NCBI RefSeq assembly: GCF_004010195.1 | Contig: NC_057755.1 | Location: 2,985,286-3,049,285 of the forward strand | DNA length: 64,000 nucleotides | Origin: Chiloscyllium plagiosum | Lineage: Eukaryota | Direction: 5' to 3' | Shown here: in pieces, positions 1 through 13,343 of the stretch | Layout: the number at the start of each line of letters is the position of its first letter | Position numbering within the stretch: the stretch's first letter is position 1 | Notes under the pieces: model-generated | Databases searched by the model: none | What the model was told of the DNA's origin: nothing | Seen by the model: the letters and a program-made list of their open reading frames with translations, nothing else | Program-made: the position numbers and the translations under genes

Positions 1-930
1 GACAACCAACTCCCATTCCTAGACTCGATGGTACAGAGAACACCGAACAGAGAATTCACCACAAAGATATACAGGAAAGCCACACACACAGACCAAGTCC
101 TGAACTACGAAAGCAACCACCCCAACATACACAAAATAAGTTGCATCAAGACACTGTTCAAAAGGGCCACAACACTCTGTAGTACACCAGAACTGCAAAA
201 AGAGGAAGAAGAACGCCTATGCAACGTATTCGCCAAAAACGGATCCTCCCCAATTTCATCAACAGATGCCTAAGGGAAAGACAACGGAATGAGGACATTC
301 CACAACCCAAAGGACTAGCCACACTACCATACATCAAGAACATCTCTGAACTGACAGCCAGACTACTGCGTTCACTCGGACTCATAACAGCAAACAATCC
401 AACAGCCACTCTCAGACAACAACTCACCAGGATGAAGGACCAGATACCCAGCATGAGCAAAACCAATGTAGTGTACAAAATCCCATGCAAGGACTGCACA
501 AAACACTACATAGGACAAACAGGAAGACAGCTAACGATCCGCATCCATGAACACCAACTAGCCACGAAACGACATGACCAGCTATCCTTAGTAGCCACAC
601 ACTCAGATGACAAGCAACATGAGTTCGACTGGGACAACACTTCTATTATTGGACAAGCCAAACAGAGAACAGTCAGGGAATTCCTAGAGGCATGACACTT
701 ATCCACTGATTCAATCAATAAGCACATCGACCTGGACGCAATATACTGGCCACTGCAGCGGACAGCTGGAACTGACAACCGGAAGTGGCAGATACAAATC
801 ACTATAAATACCGGAGGAAACATCACAGAAGGACTTCACAGGAGGCTCCCAAGCACTGAGGCTGTCACCTAGACAGGGGACGAAACGTCTGCAACACGAA
901 TTCCCAGGTCGGCGAACAGAACCACAACAT
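1..930 (+). mobile_element. Penelope-like element, 3' part (RT thumb/linker + GIY-YIG endonuclease), frameshifted
   Basis: IYRKATHTDQVLNYESNHP linker and VVYKIPCKDCTKHYIGQTGR...RIHEH GIY-YIG motif; terminal hammerhead-like motif at 853-892. Confidence 0.9.
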
Positions 931-944
931 CGACATTTAAAATT

Positions 945-1420
945 TGAGAGGCCAATTCAGCAGTCTAATAACAACTTGCCTTGAACCTGTTAGTATATGT
1001 GATTAAGGTTTTGCATCTTCTGTCTGGTGGAATAGGTTGGAAGGGATTATATTCGGGATGGGAGTGATATTTGATAATATTGACTGTCTTCCTAGAAACA
1101 AGAAGTGCAGATGCAGTCAATGGATAGGAGGTTGGCATGTGTGATGGTCTGGGCTTTGATCACAATTTTCTTGTGGTCCTGAGTGGAGATGTTTCCGGAC
1201 TAAGCCATGATGCTCCCAGATGGAATGTTTTCTGTGGTGCATGTGCAAAGATTGGTGAGGCTCCTTATGGACATGCTAAATTTCCCAAACACCCTGACGA
1301 AGAAAGGGTATTATTGTGCCACCTTGACCCTCACATCTCCGTGGGTGGTCCAGGACAGATCGTTGGTTATCGTTAATCCCAGGAACTTGACGCTCTCGAT
1401 CATAACCACCTCAGCTTCTC
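945..1420 (-). mobile_element. Degraded Rex1/Babar-type LINE fragment
   Basis: Similar by eye to the Rex1-like copy at 24334-25350. Confidence 0.55.
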
Positions 1421-1624
1421 TTTTGGTTTCTGATTTAAAGCACACACAGGTCTTTAACTAAATATTTCTTTCCCAGTTCCACAATGGAGTCCTCAGATAC
1501 CTGTCTTTATGAAAAATAAGGAACAATTTAAATGATGTATTTTTCAAAGTATGACACACTCGTGTATTAACATGGCAAGTCAACAGTTTATGAACATCCT
1601 TTCAGCTTGGGGTTTTTTTTGGTC

Positions 1625-3510
1625 ATCGAGTCAGTGACTAATACAGCATGGAAACAGGCCCTTCGGCCCAAACAGCTCCATGCTGACCATGTGCTCATTC
1701 CAATTGCCCACTTTTGGCCCATATCCTTTTAAACCCTTCCCATCTATGTGCCTATTTAAATTAATTTTGAATGTTGCTATTGCACCTTAGTTAACCCACT
1801 TGATCTGGCATCTCATTCCATTAGCTCTCTGAGTGAAGATATTGCCCCTCTGGTCCTTTCTAACTCTTTGCTCTTTCACATTCAACCTATGACTGTGAAT
1901 GTTTAAAATTCTCCTTGCCTGGGGAAAAGGCTATAAGCATTCATCCTACCTCTGCCTCTCATGACTTTATATATATATATCAATAAGGTCCTCCATTTCA
2001 AAGAATATAGTCCTATCCTGAATAAACTCTCCCTATAAATCAGGCCCATGAATCCTGGTAACATCTTTGTAAATCTTCGTTGTATTAACTATGTCTTTCC
2101 TATAACAGGGTGACCAAAACTGCACACAATACTCCAAGTGTACCCTCACCAATGATTTAGCAGCTGTAACATAATGCCCCAACTCCTAAACTCGTTGCTT
2201 TGACTGATATAGGCCAGCACGCTATATGCCTTTTTCACAGCCCTGTCGACCTGTGGCACCATTTTCAAAGGACTATGTACTTGTACTCCTTAATCCCTCT
2301 GTTTCACAACACTCCCCAGGACCTTAGCATTTACTGTATAAGTCCTACCTTGGTTTGACCTTCCAGAGTGCAACACCTCAAATGTGTCTGTATTGAATTG
2401 CATTTGCCAAGTCCCAGCCCACTTTCCTGTACTTTTTGATAACCTTCCTCACTATCAACGATACCTCCTAATTTCGTATCATTTGCAAGCATATTCATCA
2501 TGCCTTGTACATTCACATCCAGATCATTTATGTCAATAATAAATACCGAAGGTCCATCACCAACTCCTGTGTCTCACCACTAGCCATAGGCCACCAGTCT
2601 GAGAAACGATCAACAATTACCCTCTGCTTGCTACCATTGAGTCAATTTTGAATCCAGTTAGCTCGCTCTCCTTGTATGCCATGTGACCTAACATTCATGA
2701 CTAGCCTTGTCAAAGGACTTACTAAACTCCATATAGACAACATCCAGTGCCCTACCCTCAACTATCCTCTTGGTGGTAAATTTAAAATTGGAACCTTGCA
2801 ATGGCCAGGAATCAAACTCCCCGTGTCTTCGTGGGTTTCCTCCGGGTGCTCCGGTTTCCTCCCACAGTCCAAAGATGTGCAGGTCAGGTGAATTGGACAT
2901 GATAACTTGCCCGTGGTGTTAGGTAAGGGGTAAATGTAGGGGTAGGAGTATGGGTTGGTTGCGCTTCGGCGGGGCGGTGTGGATTTATTGGGCCGAAGGG
3001 CCTGTTTCCACACTGTAAGTAATCTAATCTAATCTAATCTAATCTAAAAAACCTTAGCATTTACCGTATAAGTCCTACCTTGGTTTGACCTTCCAGAGTG
3101 CAACACCTCAAATGTATCTGTATTGAATTGCATTTGCCAAGTCCCAGCCTACTTTCCTGTACTTTTTGATAACCTTCCTCACTATCAACGATACCTCCTA
3201 ATTTTGTATCATTTGCAAGCATATTCATCATGCCTTGTACATTCACATCCAGATCATTTATGTCAATAATAAATACCGAAGGTCCATCATCAACTCCTGT
3301 GTCTCACCACTAGCCATAGGACACCAGTCTGAGAAACGATCAACAATTACCCTCTGCTTGCTACCATTGAGTCAATTTTGAATCCAGTTAGCTCGCTCTC
3401 CTTGTATGCCATGTGACCTAACATTCATGTCTAGCCTGCCATGTGGGACCTTGTCAAAGGACTTACTAAACTCCATATAGACAACATCCCGTGCCCTACC
3501 CTCAACTATC
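1625..3510 (-). mobile_element. CR1-type LINE 3' region (RT C-terminus), partly duplicated and interrupted by a SINE
   Basis: DVVYMEFSKSFDKVPHGRL and ANDTKLGGIVDSEEG motifs; typical CR1 3' end near 1630-1680. Confidence 0.85.
2818..3050 (+). mobile_element. 5'-truncated V-SINE (HE1-like) with CR1-derived tail
   Basis: V-domain GTGGGTTTCCTCCGGGTGCTCCGGTTTCCTCCCACAGTCCAAAGA; tail GGGCCGAAGGGCCTGTTTCC...(TAATC)n. Confidence 0.85.
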
Positions 3511-3559
3511 CTCTTGGTGGTAAATTTAAAATTGGAACCTTGCAATGGCCAGGAATCAA

Positions 3560-6240
3560 ACCCGGATCGACTGTTTGGAAATAGTTGTGCACAAAACACT
3601 ATTCTAACATTTCTCACTGATGGACTTTTGGGTGTTCATTGATGAAGCAGGTGAAGATGGCTAGACCTAGGATGTTTCCTGAGGAGTTCTTGCAGAGATG
3701 TCCTGAAGGTGAAATTGCTGACATGAACAATAACAGTTGTCTTCCTTCTTGCTAGTTATTGCTGCCACCAGCAGATGGTTGTCTCTGGATATTCGTTGAC
3801 TGTGCTTTTTCCTTGGTCTCCTCGTGTCACACTCGGTGAAATGGTGCCTTGATGTTAAAGGGGGTTCCCCTCCCTTCTCCTCTGGAGTTCCACTTCTTTG
3901 AACCAAGGCTGTAATCAATGGCCATTGGGGCACCTAATCTGGCCATCAGTAAGCAGGTTATTGCTGACCAGGTATTGCTTGATAGCCCTGTTAATGACAT
4001 TCCCATTCCTTCCCATTTCCATGTTAGAGAATGGACAGATAAGACATTAATTAACAACATCAGATTTGCCCCCATTTTTCTGTGTAAAACGTGCCTAGGT
4101 AATTTTTCTCATTCTTGGTCCATGCCAGTGCTGTTGCTGCTTCAGAACACTTTGACTCGGCAGGAGACAATTTTTCGATATTTAAGTTGTCAGAACCCAC
4201 AACCTGTTCAGTATCCAGTGTCTCCTGTAATTCTCTAACATCAGGGAGAGTAAATTGAATTGGGTGGAGACTGGGATCTGTAAACACGGGGGCCTCAGGA
4301 GGAGGCTGACATGGATCAAATGCTTGGTATTTTTGGTTAGAAGGTTGTTGCAAATGCTTCAGCTTTATCTTTTGCACTGATGTCCTGGACTCCCCCATAA
4401 CTGACGGTTTAGTTACTGGAGAGCAGCCTTCTCACTCGGTGGTTTAATTGTTCACGATATTTTATGAGTAAATGTGCCAGAGCGTAGATCTGCAGAACTT
4501 AGATGCAATGCAAAAACAGAAATTACTGGTGTAACATAGCAGGTCTGACAGAATCAGTGGTGAGAAAACAGAGTCTCATTGGTTGTGTGATTGCTTAGCT
4601 CTGATAGTCACCTGTTCCATAAAAAAGTCGTCCTGTTTTGTAGCTTCACCAGGTTGGAACCTCATATATTGGTTTTCAGTTCTGCTGGTTGTATGTGCTT
4701 TTGTACACTTCATTGAACCAGTCTGAAGACTTCCTATTCAGATACTCAACCAGATGCCTTTTCAATGTTGTAATTGTACCAGCTTCCACCAGAGAGTAAT
4801 AGGGTCATACAGCATGGAAACAGACCCTTCGTTGCATGCAGTCCAAGCTGAACACAATTCCAATCTAAACTGGTCCCAACCAGCTGCTCCTGAACTATAT
4901 GCCTCCAAACCCTTCCTACTCATGTATTCATCCAAATGTCTTTGTTCCACACATACATCACCCACTGCATGAAGGAATTGCCCCTCGTGTCACTTTGAAA
5001 TCTTTCCCCTCTGTTTAAACCTATGCCCTCTAGTTTTGTACTCCGTTACTCTGGAGAAGGCCTTGGATATTTACCCTATCCATGACCCTCATGATTTTAT
5101 GATATTTACCCTATCCATGACCCTCATGATTTTATGAAACTCTATAAATTCTTCCCTCAGTCTCTGGTCCCCCAGAGTAAAAAGAAGCCCCAGGCTATCC
5201 AACCTCTCCCTATAACTGACCCATCCAGTCAGACAGGTCAGGCAGATAGCCTATGTTTTCTGTGCAAGGAATGATTCTGATGCTGCAGAATGGCCCACTG
5301 AACTTCATGGACAGTTTGTCATAAGTTAGTAGATCTGTTTGAAGTCTGCCCCATTTCACACAGAGATAGTGCCACACTACATGATGCAGTGTCCATAAAA
5401 CGTGGGGCAGGCCGATTGGTGACCTGCCTTTTGTACTGTCTCAGCTCAGTCAGCAGGTGGTGCTGCTGAGCCTGTCTTGGTGATGGACACTGAAGCCTCC
5501 CACTAAGAGACCATTCTCTGTCCTTTCCACTTACAGTGTTGTGATCAAACAGGGAAATTCGAGGGATGTGGTAATTGATAATCAGCAGAATGTTTCTGTG
5601 CCGGTGTTTAACCTGATGCTATGAGGCTTCATGGGGACAGACATCAATGCTGAGCACTTCCAAGCTACGCTCTCCCCTCCCCCGCCCTTGACTGTATGCC
5701 ACGGGACTGATCCCTCTGCTGGCTGTGTCCTACCAGTGGGACAGAACCTGCCCTGAGATGGTTATAATGTTGTCTGGGACGTTGTTGGGAAAATGAGCCT
5801 GACTCTGTTCGATTGTTGCTGGGTTAGTCTGTGAGAAATATACTGCAGGTATATTTCCTTCAGTATGCCTAGCTTCTTGCCTGCCTTGTCACCACTGCAT
5901 TTTAAATGGATAGTCCAGTTCAGTTTCTGGTCAATTGTAATCCCAAGATAGTGGTAGTTGAGGAATCAGCAACAGTAACCCCATTAAATAGCAGAGGACG
6001 ACTGCTTGATTCTCTGTTGTTAGGGTTGATCTTTATCTGGCATTTATGTGTCATGTATGTTATTTGCCACTTTTCATTACAAGCCTGCATAATGTCCAAG
6101 GCTCACTGCATTTGGACATGGAGTGCTTCAGTACCTGAGTAGTCGCAAATGCTGCTGAACACAATGTAATCATTAGTTAACATCCTCATGTCTGACCCTT
6201 TGATGGAGGGAAGTCCATTTATGAAATTGCGGAAGACGGT
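3560..6240 (-). mobile_element. Old CR1-clade LINE remnants (endonuclease/RT), nested with other CR1 3' ends (~4730-5220)
   Basis: Decayed GDFNVHH-like endonuclease motif near 5450-5505 on the minus strand; CR1 3'-end motifs at 4800-5220. Confidence 0.55.
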
Positions 6241-6359
6241 TAGATCTCACCGTTATGACCTAAATTTGATTATTGGATCAACCAACTATCAATGAAATGA
6301 TATCAGGTATTGATTGGTAATTGTCTGAATATATTATCCAATCATGTTTTATGTTCTGC

Positions 6360-7320
6360 TTTAAGAAAAGAATAAAAATGCCACTGTGTTAAGCCAATGT
6401 GTGCAGTTTCTCTGAGGGATATGGCAGTGCATAACCTCTGTGTTTCTGGACGTTCCTACTCGACCGCATATGAAATAAAATGTGAAGTCTTAACAGTCAG
6501 ACCGATTGCGTGTGCTTTTTGACCGATCGCTCCCCCGAGAAACGAGAGAGCTCCCCCGTATGGTTCAGATCTTCATCTGGTGTTATGACTCCATTCAGTA
6601 CAGACCGATTATGGACAGTGGCGTAACAGCCTTGAGCCCTCCGCTATTGAGTGTCGAGGAATCGGCTGGCCAGACATCAGTGTTTACACTGTGTGGTTTT
6701 CCTCTCATTCAAGTCACGGCTGACTCAACCCCTCGCTGTTCATCGTCAAAGTCTAGCCCAAAAAGAATCAGTCTTTGAAAGAGTTGGTTCTGAAAAGGTT
6801 AAAAACTGAAGTAGGGGACTCTCCTTACAGGTCCAAAAGGGACAGTAAAGTGTGTCATTTGGAGAAGGAAATTTGTAGCTGTTGGAAGAGAAAAAGCGAT
6901 TTGATCCATGAGACAGAAATTTGGTTTAAAGACTTTAGGATCTCTATAGAATAGGTGGTTCGGGTTCCGAAACGGAATACTGACGGGACACTGACTCGGT
7001 GATCAATTGGTTAAAAAGGAAATGATTGAGAAGTTGTGGATTCTGTTCATTGAAGGCAGATTGCTGAGAGAAATATTTGTAGGGACTGAGTTCCTTGGAC
7101 TCATAGGAACATAAGTTAAAAGTTGTGGGTCCCGACGATATACATATGTAATTGAAAAAAAAGTGTATCAATATAAATTTGAGAAGAAACTTTTGTGTTT
7201 GGAGATAGAGTTACATAAATTCCATTTGTATATTTTCCCGAAGCGCAGACTACTGAAAAGGCATTACTAACTTGTCCTGAATTTAATAGTAAAAGAGGAA
7301 AAAGTTAGAGAATATGTGTG
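6360..7320 (+). mobile_element. Possible endogenous retrovirus remnant (LTR R-U5, PBS, leader, decayed gag start)
   Basis: AATAAA at 6474 and an LTR-like CA end at 6574-6575, followed by TGGTGTTATGACTC (11/14 match to the tRNA-His PBS TGGTGCCGTGACTC). Confidence 0.35.
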
Positions 7321-8189
7321 TCGGTGAGAGAGAGAGAAAGAGAAAGAGAGAGAGAGAGAGCAGAGCAGAGACTTAGCTCTGTTTGTTTCCTTTCAGCCTG
7401 TAGAAAATGTAACTCATTGTTGTCTGGTTTGTTTGCACATTTGTTTGTGGGCGTTTGAATGTTTGTGTCTTGTTTTCTGGAGTTCCAAACATAAAATGAT
7501 TGTCTTGATTAAAGAAATTGTGATTCAGACATTTATATTTGATTTGAAAATTGTATTTTAAAGACTTAAATTCACTTTAAGAAGTCATATAATATTGAAT
7601 TGCTGTATCTGTCGAAATATTCATTTGTTTTAAATTGTTTTGAAAATAAGAAATCAAACCCACACCCATAGAATATTAATATCGAGCTCTCATGAGTAGC
7701 CCAGTGATAATATCACCAGGCCACTATCTGTGCAGCTTACAACTGCGTAATGTAACAGTAAACCAATTCAGCAGTTCACATTACTTCAACACCATAAACA
7801 GATTCACTTTCTGCATTTAATCAAAGTCAAATTCACGTCATCATTTAAATGATTAAAATCACATCACATGATGTCAATTCTCAAACTGATGTAGTTCATT
7901 GGGAAGAACAGACCTATCTTACAAACAGACTCTTACACTCATCCCAATAATAAAAGTCACAACCAAACCTTCCCATTAGACTGACAGACACACATCCATC
8001 ATCAAAACAGCAGCTCCACATAATGCAGAACCGTCATAGACTGTAGACACTCGAACTATCACTGTCCATTCAGATACATCACAGACCTCCCTGTTATTCT
8101 CACTGTCCATCTAGACTGATCACTGCATTGGGAATAATCCTTCAGGAAATGTTGATCAATGAGCTTTCAGTTGTAAGAACATATTGACA

Positions 8190-9200
8190 TATTAATCATA
8201 AAAGATCATTGAAGAATAGAGTGGGGTCCAAAAGGAACAAGCAGGGTGAGCTGCTCACTGAAGCTGAGGATATGGCAGAGGCATTGAATGAATGTTTCAC
8301 TTCTGTCGTTACTGAGTTAGTGTTGAGCATCTGGACAGTACAGTGAGCAATAATGAAGAGGTGCTGAAAAGGCAGGCAGCACTTAAGATAGTGAAGTCTC
8401 TGAGCCCCAATGTGACCCATTCATCCCATTGCTGAGGGAGGTAAGGGAGACATTTGCAGACAGTTGATGTCAGATATTTTCCAGGTTTCTCTGAACACAG
8501 GATTCATCCTGGGTCTGGAAGTTTGCAAGTGTGAAACCATTGTTCAAGAAAGGGGAAATGGATAACCCAATGAACTACAGACCTGTTGGTTTGACATCAA
8601 CAGCAATAAACCTGATGGAGGCCATAATACAAGATACGTTTATTATGCAGTTCGAGAAAAATAATTTAATGCTAGACAGTCAACATTGCTGATGTAGGCC
8701 TTATGCCCGAAATGTCGACTCTCCTGCTCCTCGGATGCTCTCTGACTATTTATGCTTTTCCAGCTGCACACCTTTTGACTCGGACTCGGCAATATCTGCA
8801 GACCTCACTTTCTCCAAGGACAGGTTATGTCTGACAATTTTAATTGTGTTCTTTCATGTAGTTGGACACAGGCGGTGGATGGGGATTTCTGTTTCCTTGA
8901 TTCATTAGCGGGATGAATTCTAAATTCAGTATTCGCAACAAAGGTGATGAACATGTTGTGCAAATCAGTACAAAAGGGTAAGACTTACCTGTCATTACAG
9001 AAACGTGGTTGCAGGGTGCTGTTGACTGGGAATTAAATATCCAAGGCTATCAGGTAATTCGGTAGGATAGGCAGGAAGGTCCAGGAAGGTAGGGGTCATG
9101 CTCTTAATTAAGGATGAAATTAGGGCGATCAGGAAAGATGACACAGGATCTCAGGAGCAAAATGTTGAATCCATTTGGGTTAGAGATCAGGAATAGAAAT
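8190..9200 (+). mobile_element. Degraded CR1 ORF2 fragments with an inserted Penelope-terminal repeat (~8690-8815)
   Basis: Decayed W-x-x-A-x-V-x-P-x-F-K-K-G...NYRPV motif near 8515-8590; endonuclease ITETWL-like motif near 8995-9015. Confidence 0.6.
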
Positions 9201-9699
9201 TGGACTTTTAATTCCAGATGGCACAAATTTCAGTTTAAAGAGAAAGATATCTTTATTTCTGGATAGCTGGCGAGAGATTCTGGGTGACACCAAAGGAGTC
9301 TCATAGCCTTCTTGTGGTGGCACCCTCTCGATGTAACTCTGAGCGTTACATGTAAGTGGTATATTTTATATCTTGTTTGGGTAGGACTGATACAAATTTC
9401 TTCACATCACTATTTAATTGCTATTACATTATCAAACCAGGAATTTCTCAACTTTACAGTGATTCGGGATTGCTATCTTCTTGTAAAAAGGACTGAATTG
9501 TTCACATGAGCCTGTGACTGGATTATTCACATCATCTTGTGTTAATAGGTAAGGAAGTAATCAATAGGATCCTGAATTGTTGTCATTGTTGATATTCACA
9601 TTCTCTTATTAATAGGTAAGGAAGTATGTTGATAGGAAAGAAGGCAGTCAATAAGGTCTACACACGCGGCAGACAGTCTTATCCAAGGAAACAAACAGC

Positions 9700-10090
9700 T
9701 TCGACCGAGATGAGGAGGAATTACTTCCCAAAGGATCATGAATCTGTGGAAATCACTCCCCCAGAGTGTAGCGGGTGTCTGGACATTGAGTACATTCAGT
9801 CATAAAGTCATTGAGATCTCCAGCTTGGAGACAGACCCTTCGGTCCAACTTGTCTGTGCTGACCAGATATCTCACATAACTCTCGTCCCATTTGCCAGCA
9901 TTTGATCCGTATCCCTCTCAACCCTTCCTATCCAGATGCCTTTTAAATGCTGCAATGATACCATCCTCCATGGTTTCCTCTGGCAGCTCATTCCATGCAC
10001 CACCACCCGCCATGTGAAAAGGTTACCCCGTAAGTCCCTTTCATACCTTTCTCCTCTCACCTTAAACCTATTCCCCCTAAATTTGGAAGC
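9700..10090 (-). mobile_element. CR1 3'-end fragments
   Basis: RGNRFKVRGERYERDLRGNLFT motif typical of the CR1 ORF2 C-terminus (minus strand, ~9810-10090). Confidence 0.7.
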
Positions 10091-10369
10091 CATACTTTAA
10101 TTGATGAACCAACTCATAATCACCAGCTATTGTAGCTGCTAATCTTGCTGTTTTAACTCTCTGATTTTCCACATTAGCTTTCATTACCTCGTAGTGAATT
10201 TTTGAATTTCATCAAAATAATCAACTCTCTAAGAGTATCATACGTTTGATCGATTTTTAATGTCCATATCCATTTCTCAAAATTCCTTTGTTTGATTTTT
10301 TCAAGTTTAATGTATCTTTGACCAGGGTCCATCCTGAGCTTCCTGAAACATTGTCTGTCGGTTTGTGGG

Positions 10370-11160
10370 GGAGAGTGGGAACTGCAAATACTGGAGATCA
10401 TATTCAAGAGTGTGGTGCTGGAAAAGCACAGCTGGTCGGGCAGAATCTGAGGAGCAGAAGAGTCAAAGTTAGGGGCAAGAGCCATTCATCAGGAATGAGG
10501 CTTGTGGGCCGGAGTGCTGGGAGGGGGTGGGGCAGGGGGGAAGGTAGCTGGTAGATGAAGGTGGGGTGGAAATGATAGGTCGGAGGGGAGGGTAGAGTGT
10601 ATAGGTCTGAAGGAAGATGGACAGAAGTAGGACTGCTCAAGGTGATGGTGCTGATTTGCAGGCCTGGGACTGGGATAAGGTTGGGGGAAGGGAAATGAGA
10701 AAATTGGTGAAATCCACATTGATCCCGTGTGTTTCAGGGTCTCAAGGCGGAAGATGAGGCATTCTTCCTTCGGGCATTGGGTGGTTAAGGTTTGGTGATG
10801 GGGCAGGCCCAGGATGTGCATGTCGTTGGTGGTGTGGGAGGGGGAGCTAAAGTTTTTAGCCTTGGGTTGATGGGGTTGGTTGATGCTGGTGTCCCAGGGA
10901 TCTTCTCTGAAACAATCTGCAAGTTTCCCAGAGAAGTTCTCTGAAACAATTCCCAAATTTTCAAAAGATATTCTCTGAAACGACCTGTAAGCTTGTCAGC
11001 GACGTACTTGCATGCACAACATCCACTGTACTTACACGCACGTCATCTCCTGGATCCATTGCACCCGATGCAGTCTCGTCTACATTGGGTAGACAGGACG
11101 CCAAGTTGTGGATCGCTTCAGAGAACTCAGAACAAAAGACACTAACACCGACCACTCACT
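10370..11160 (-). mobile_element. Penelope-like element 3' end (GIY-YIG C-terminus + terminal repeat)
   Basis: FSSPSH...DMHILGL...EECLIFRLETL motif, decayed YIG motif near 11080-11095, and a decayed hammerhead motif near 10460-10495. Confidence 0.8.
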
Positions 11161-11228
11161 GCATTTGAGTCCAACAATCCTAAACCCAATTGGAAATATC
11201 GAATGATCCCCACAAGAGCCTCCAATCT

Positions 11229-11816
11229 GTTATGCACCAGGCCAGACCCTTCCAAATAACTGAAGAAGTTAGCCTAGACCCTATCTTTTTCTTATTTTAA
11301 AGGCAGATGTGAGGTGTGTGTTCCCGGTCGGATGCAGCTGGTCAAAGCACCCGGCTTTAAGCAATTTATTTAAACCCAAAAGTTGAAACATGAACAAAGA
11401 AACGCAGAATACAGAACAACTTAACTATTGAAAAAGTTAACCAACCTGATACGTAACTAATTGACTATTCCAATCGAGTAACCTCCCATAAACAGACTCT
11501 TTGGCAAAAAGGTAAATTCAAACACAGATTCTTACAAGCAGGAGGGAATGGATCCAGAGAGAGGTTTCAGAGAGAATCAGTCAGGAATCATTTACTGAAG
11601 CTTTGAACCCTTCTGGTACTCAAACCATCCTCTAACTGCTGCAGTTACAAAAAACCAGAAACCCTGAACTGAGAGAATCAGCTACTCCGCTTCCATTTCA
11701 ACTGTTTTAACTTTTAGCATATAGCACCCGAGACTCTTCGGCACCTCTGCCAGTACAACCTCTCTTCCCAAAGACCCAGAAGGATGTAACCTTTATAAAG
11801 TGACAGCATAGTCACG
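11229..11816 (-). mobile_element. Probable solo LTR (Gypsy-type)
   Basis: TGTTA... and ...GTCACG termini; resembles 49968-50560 in the opposite orientation. Confidence 0.45.
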
Positions 11817-11824
11817 GTGTGTTG

Positions 11825-12035
11825 GGAAAGTGAGGATTCCTGATGCTGGGGATCAGAATCAAAGATTGTGGTGCTGGAAAAACACAGCCAGTCAGGCAGC
11901 ATCCGAGGAGCCACATACACTCTTCATCAGGAATGTGGTGACGAAGACCTTATGCTCGAAATGTCGACTTTCGGGCTCCTCGGATGCTGTCTGGCCTGCT
12001 ATACATTTCCAGCACCACACTCTTTGACTCTGGAC
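11825..12035. repeat. Inverted (palindromic) Penelope-terminal non-autonomous repeat
   Basis: GTGGTGCTGGAAAAACACAGCCAGTCAGGCAGCATCCGAGGAG followed by its imperfect reverse complement. Confidence 0.7.
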
Positions 12036-12039
12036 ACTA

Positions 12040-12218
12040 TGTGTGTGAGTGAGTGTGTGTGTGTGTGTGTGTGTGTGTATGCGTGAGCGAGTATGTGTTT
12101 GTGTGTGTGTGAGTGAGTGTGTGTTTGTGTGAGAGTCTGTGTAAGCGAGTGTGTTTGTGAGTGTGTGTGTGTGAGCTCGTGTGTGTTTGTGTGAGTGTGT
12201 GTGCGAGCGAGTGTGAGC

Positions 12219-12250
<32 letters not shown>
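12040..12250. repeat. (GT)n/(GTGA)n microsatellite
   Basis: Directly visible. Confidence 0.95.
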
Positions 12251-12252
<2 letters not shown>

Positions 12253-12264
12253 TAGTTGCCAGAA

Positions 12265-12830
12265 CTTGGCTCAATTCCCTCCAAACTCTTCTTATTCATA
12301 TACCCATCCAGATGCCTTTTAAATGTTGTAATAGTACCAGCCTCCACTATTTCCTATGGCATTTATTCCATACACGTGACACGCTCTGCATGAAAAAGTT
12401 TCCCCATAGGTTCCTTTTAAATATTTCTCCTCTTCCCCTGAACCTATACCTTCTAATCTTGGACTCCCCCTCCCCAGGGAAAAGACCTTGTCTATTTATC
12501 CTATCCATGCCCCTCTCATTCTTTTAACCTCTATAAGGTCACCCCTTAGCCTCCGACGCTCCAGGGAAAATGGCTCCAGCCTGTTCAGCCTCTCTCCATA
12601 GCTCAAATATTCCATCCCTGGCAATATCTTTGTTATTTTTTTCTGAAACCTTTCAAGTTATCACAGCATCCTTCCTATAGCAGAGAGACCAGTACAGAAT
12701 ACAGTATTCCAGAAGTGGCTTAACCAACGTCCTGTACAACCACAACATGACCTCCCAACTCCAATGCCTACTTCACTGTCATATCTACCTGCAACTCCAC
12801 ATTCAAGGAACTATGAACCTGCACTCCAAG
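12265..12830 (-). mobile_element. CR1 LINE 3' region
   Basis: CR1 ORF2 C-terminal motifs shared with other copies in the window. Confidence 0.8.
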
Positions 12831-13343
12831 GTGGCAAAAATATTACCTATTTCCTGGTCCTGTTGTGGCTCCGAGCAGGACTTGGTCCAATACTAAGAGC
12901 AGGAGATGACCTGATCCACGGAGAAGATGTGAGATTGATTTATTTATCGTCCATACTCCAATTCTGTGACTGAGTTGTGGGTTAGGTATCTGATGCGATT
13001 CTGCACCTGCCAGAGTTGGAACTGAGAACTGGAAGAATCTATTACACACATTCAGATAGTGCCCATGCAAACCAAGCAAAGTCACAGACTTCCCTCTGCT
13101 CTCCTCGGAGGGACTGTGAGCTCAGTCTCTGCCCAAACTCCATAATCTCCGGAGTCACTAGTTTGGAGGACAATCTCAGGTGGGTGTGAAAGTGTTTAAA
13201 TTCAAACTCACTCAACCCTGACCATTTCCACTCACACAGTCTGCTGGGTTTTGGTGGGAAAGTCATATTGTTGCGGTCTGAAATAGTCAGGAGTATGTTC
13301 TTATCAGTAATTCACCATATATTTTCCCATTTTGCTTCCACAG

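Noticed and set aside
11999..12274. His/Thr- or Cys/Val-rich ORFs (also 17367-17753, 30874-31173, 32931-33240, 29017-29551, 55396-55683)
   Set aside because: Translations of CA/GT/GA microsatellite or low-complexity tracts.
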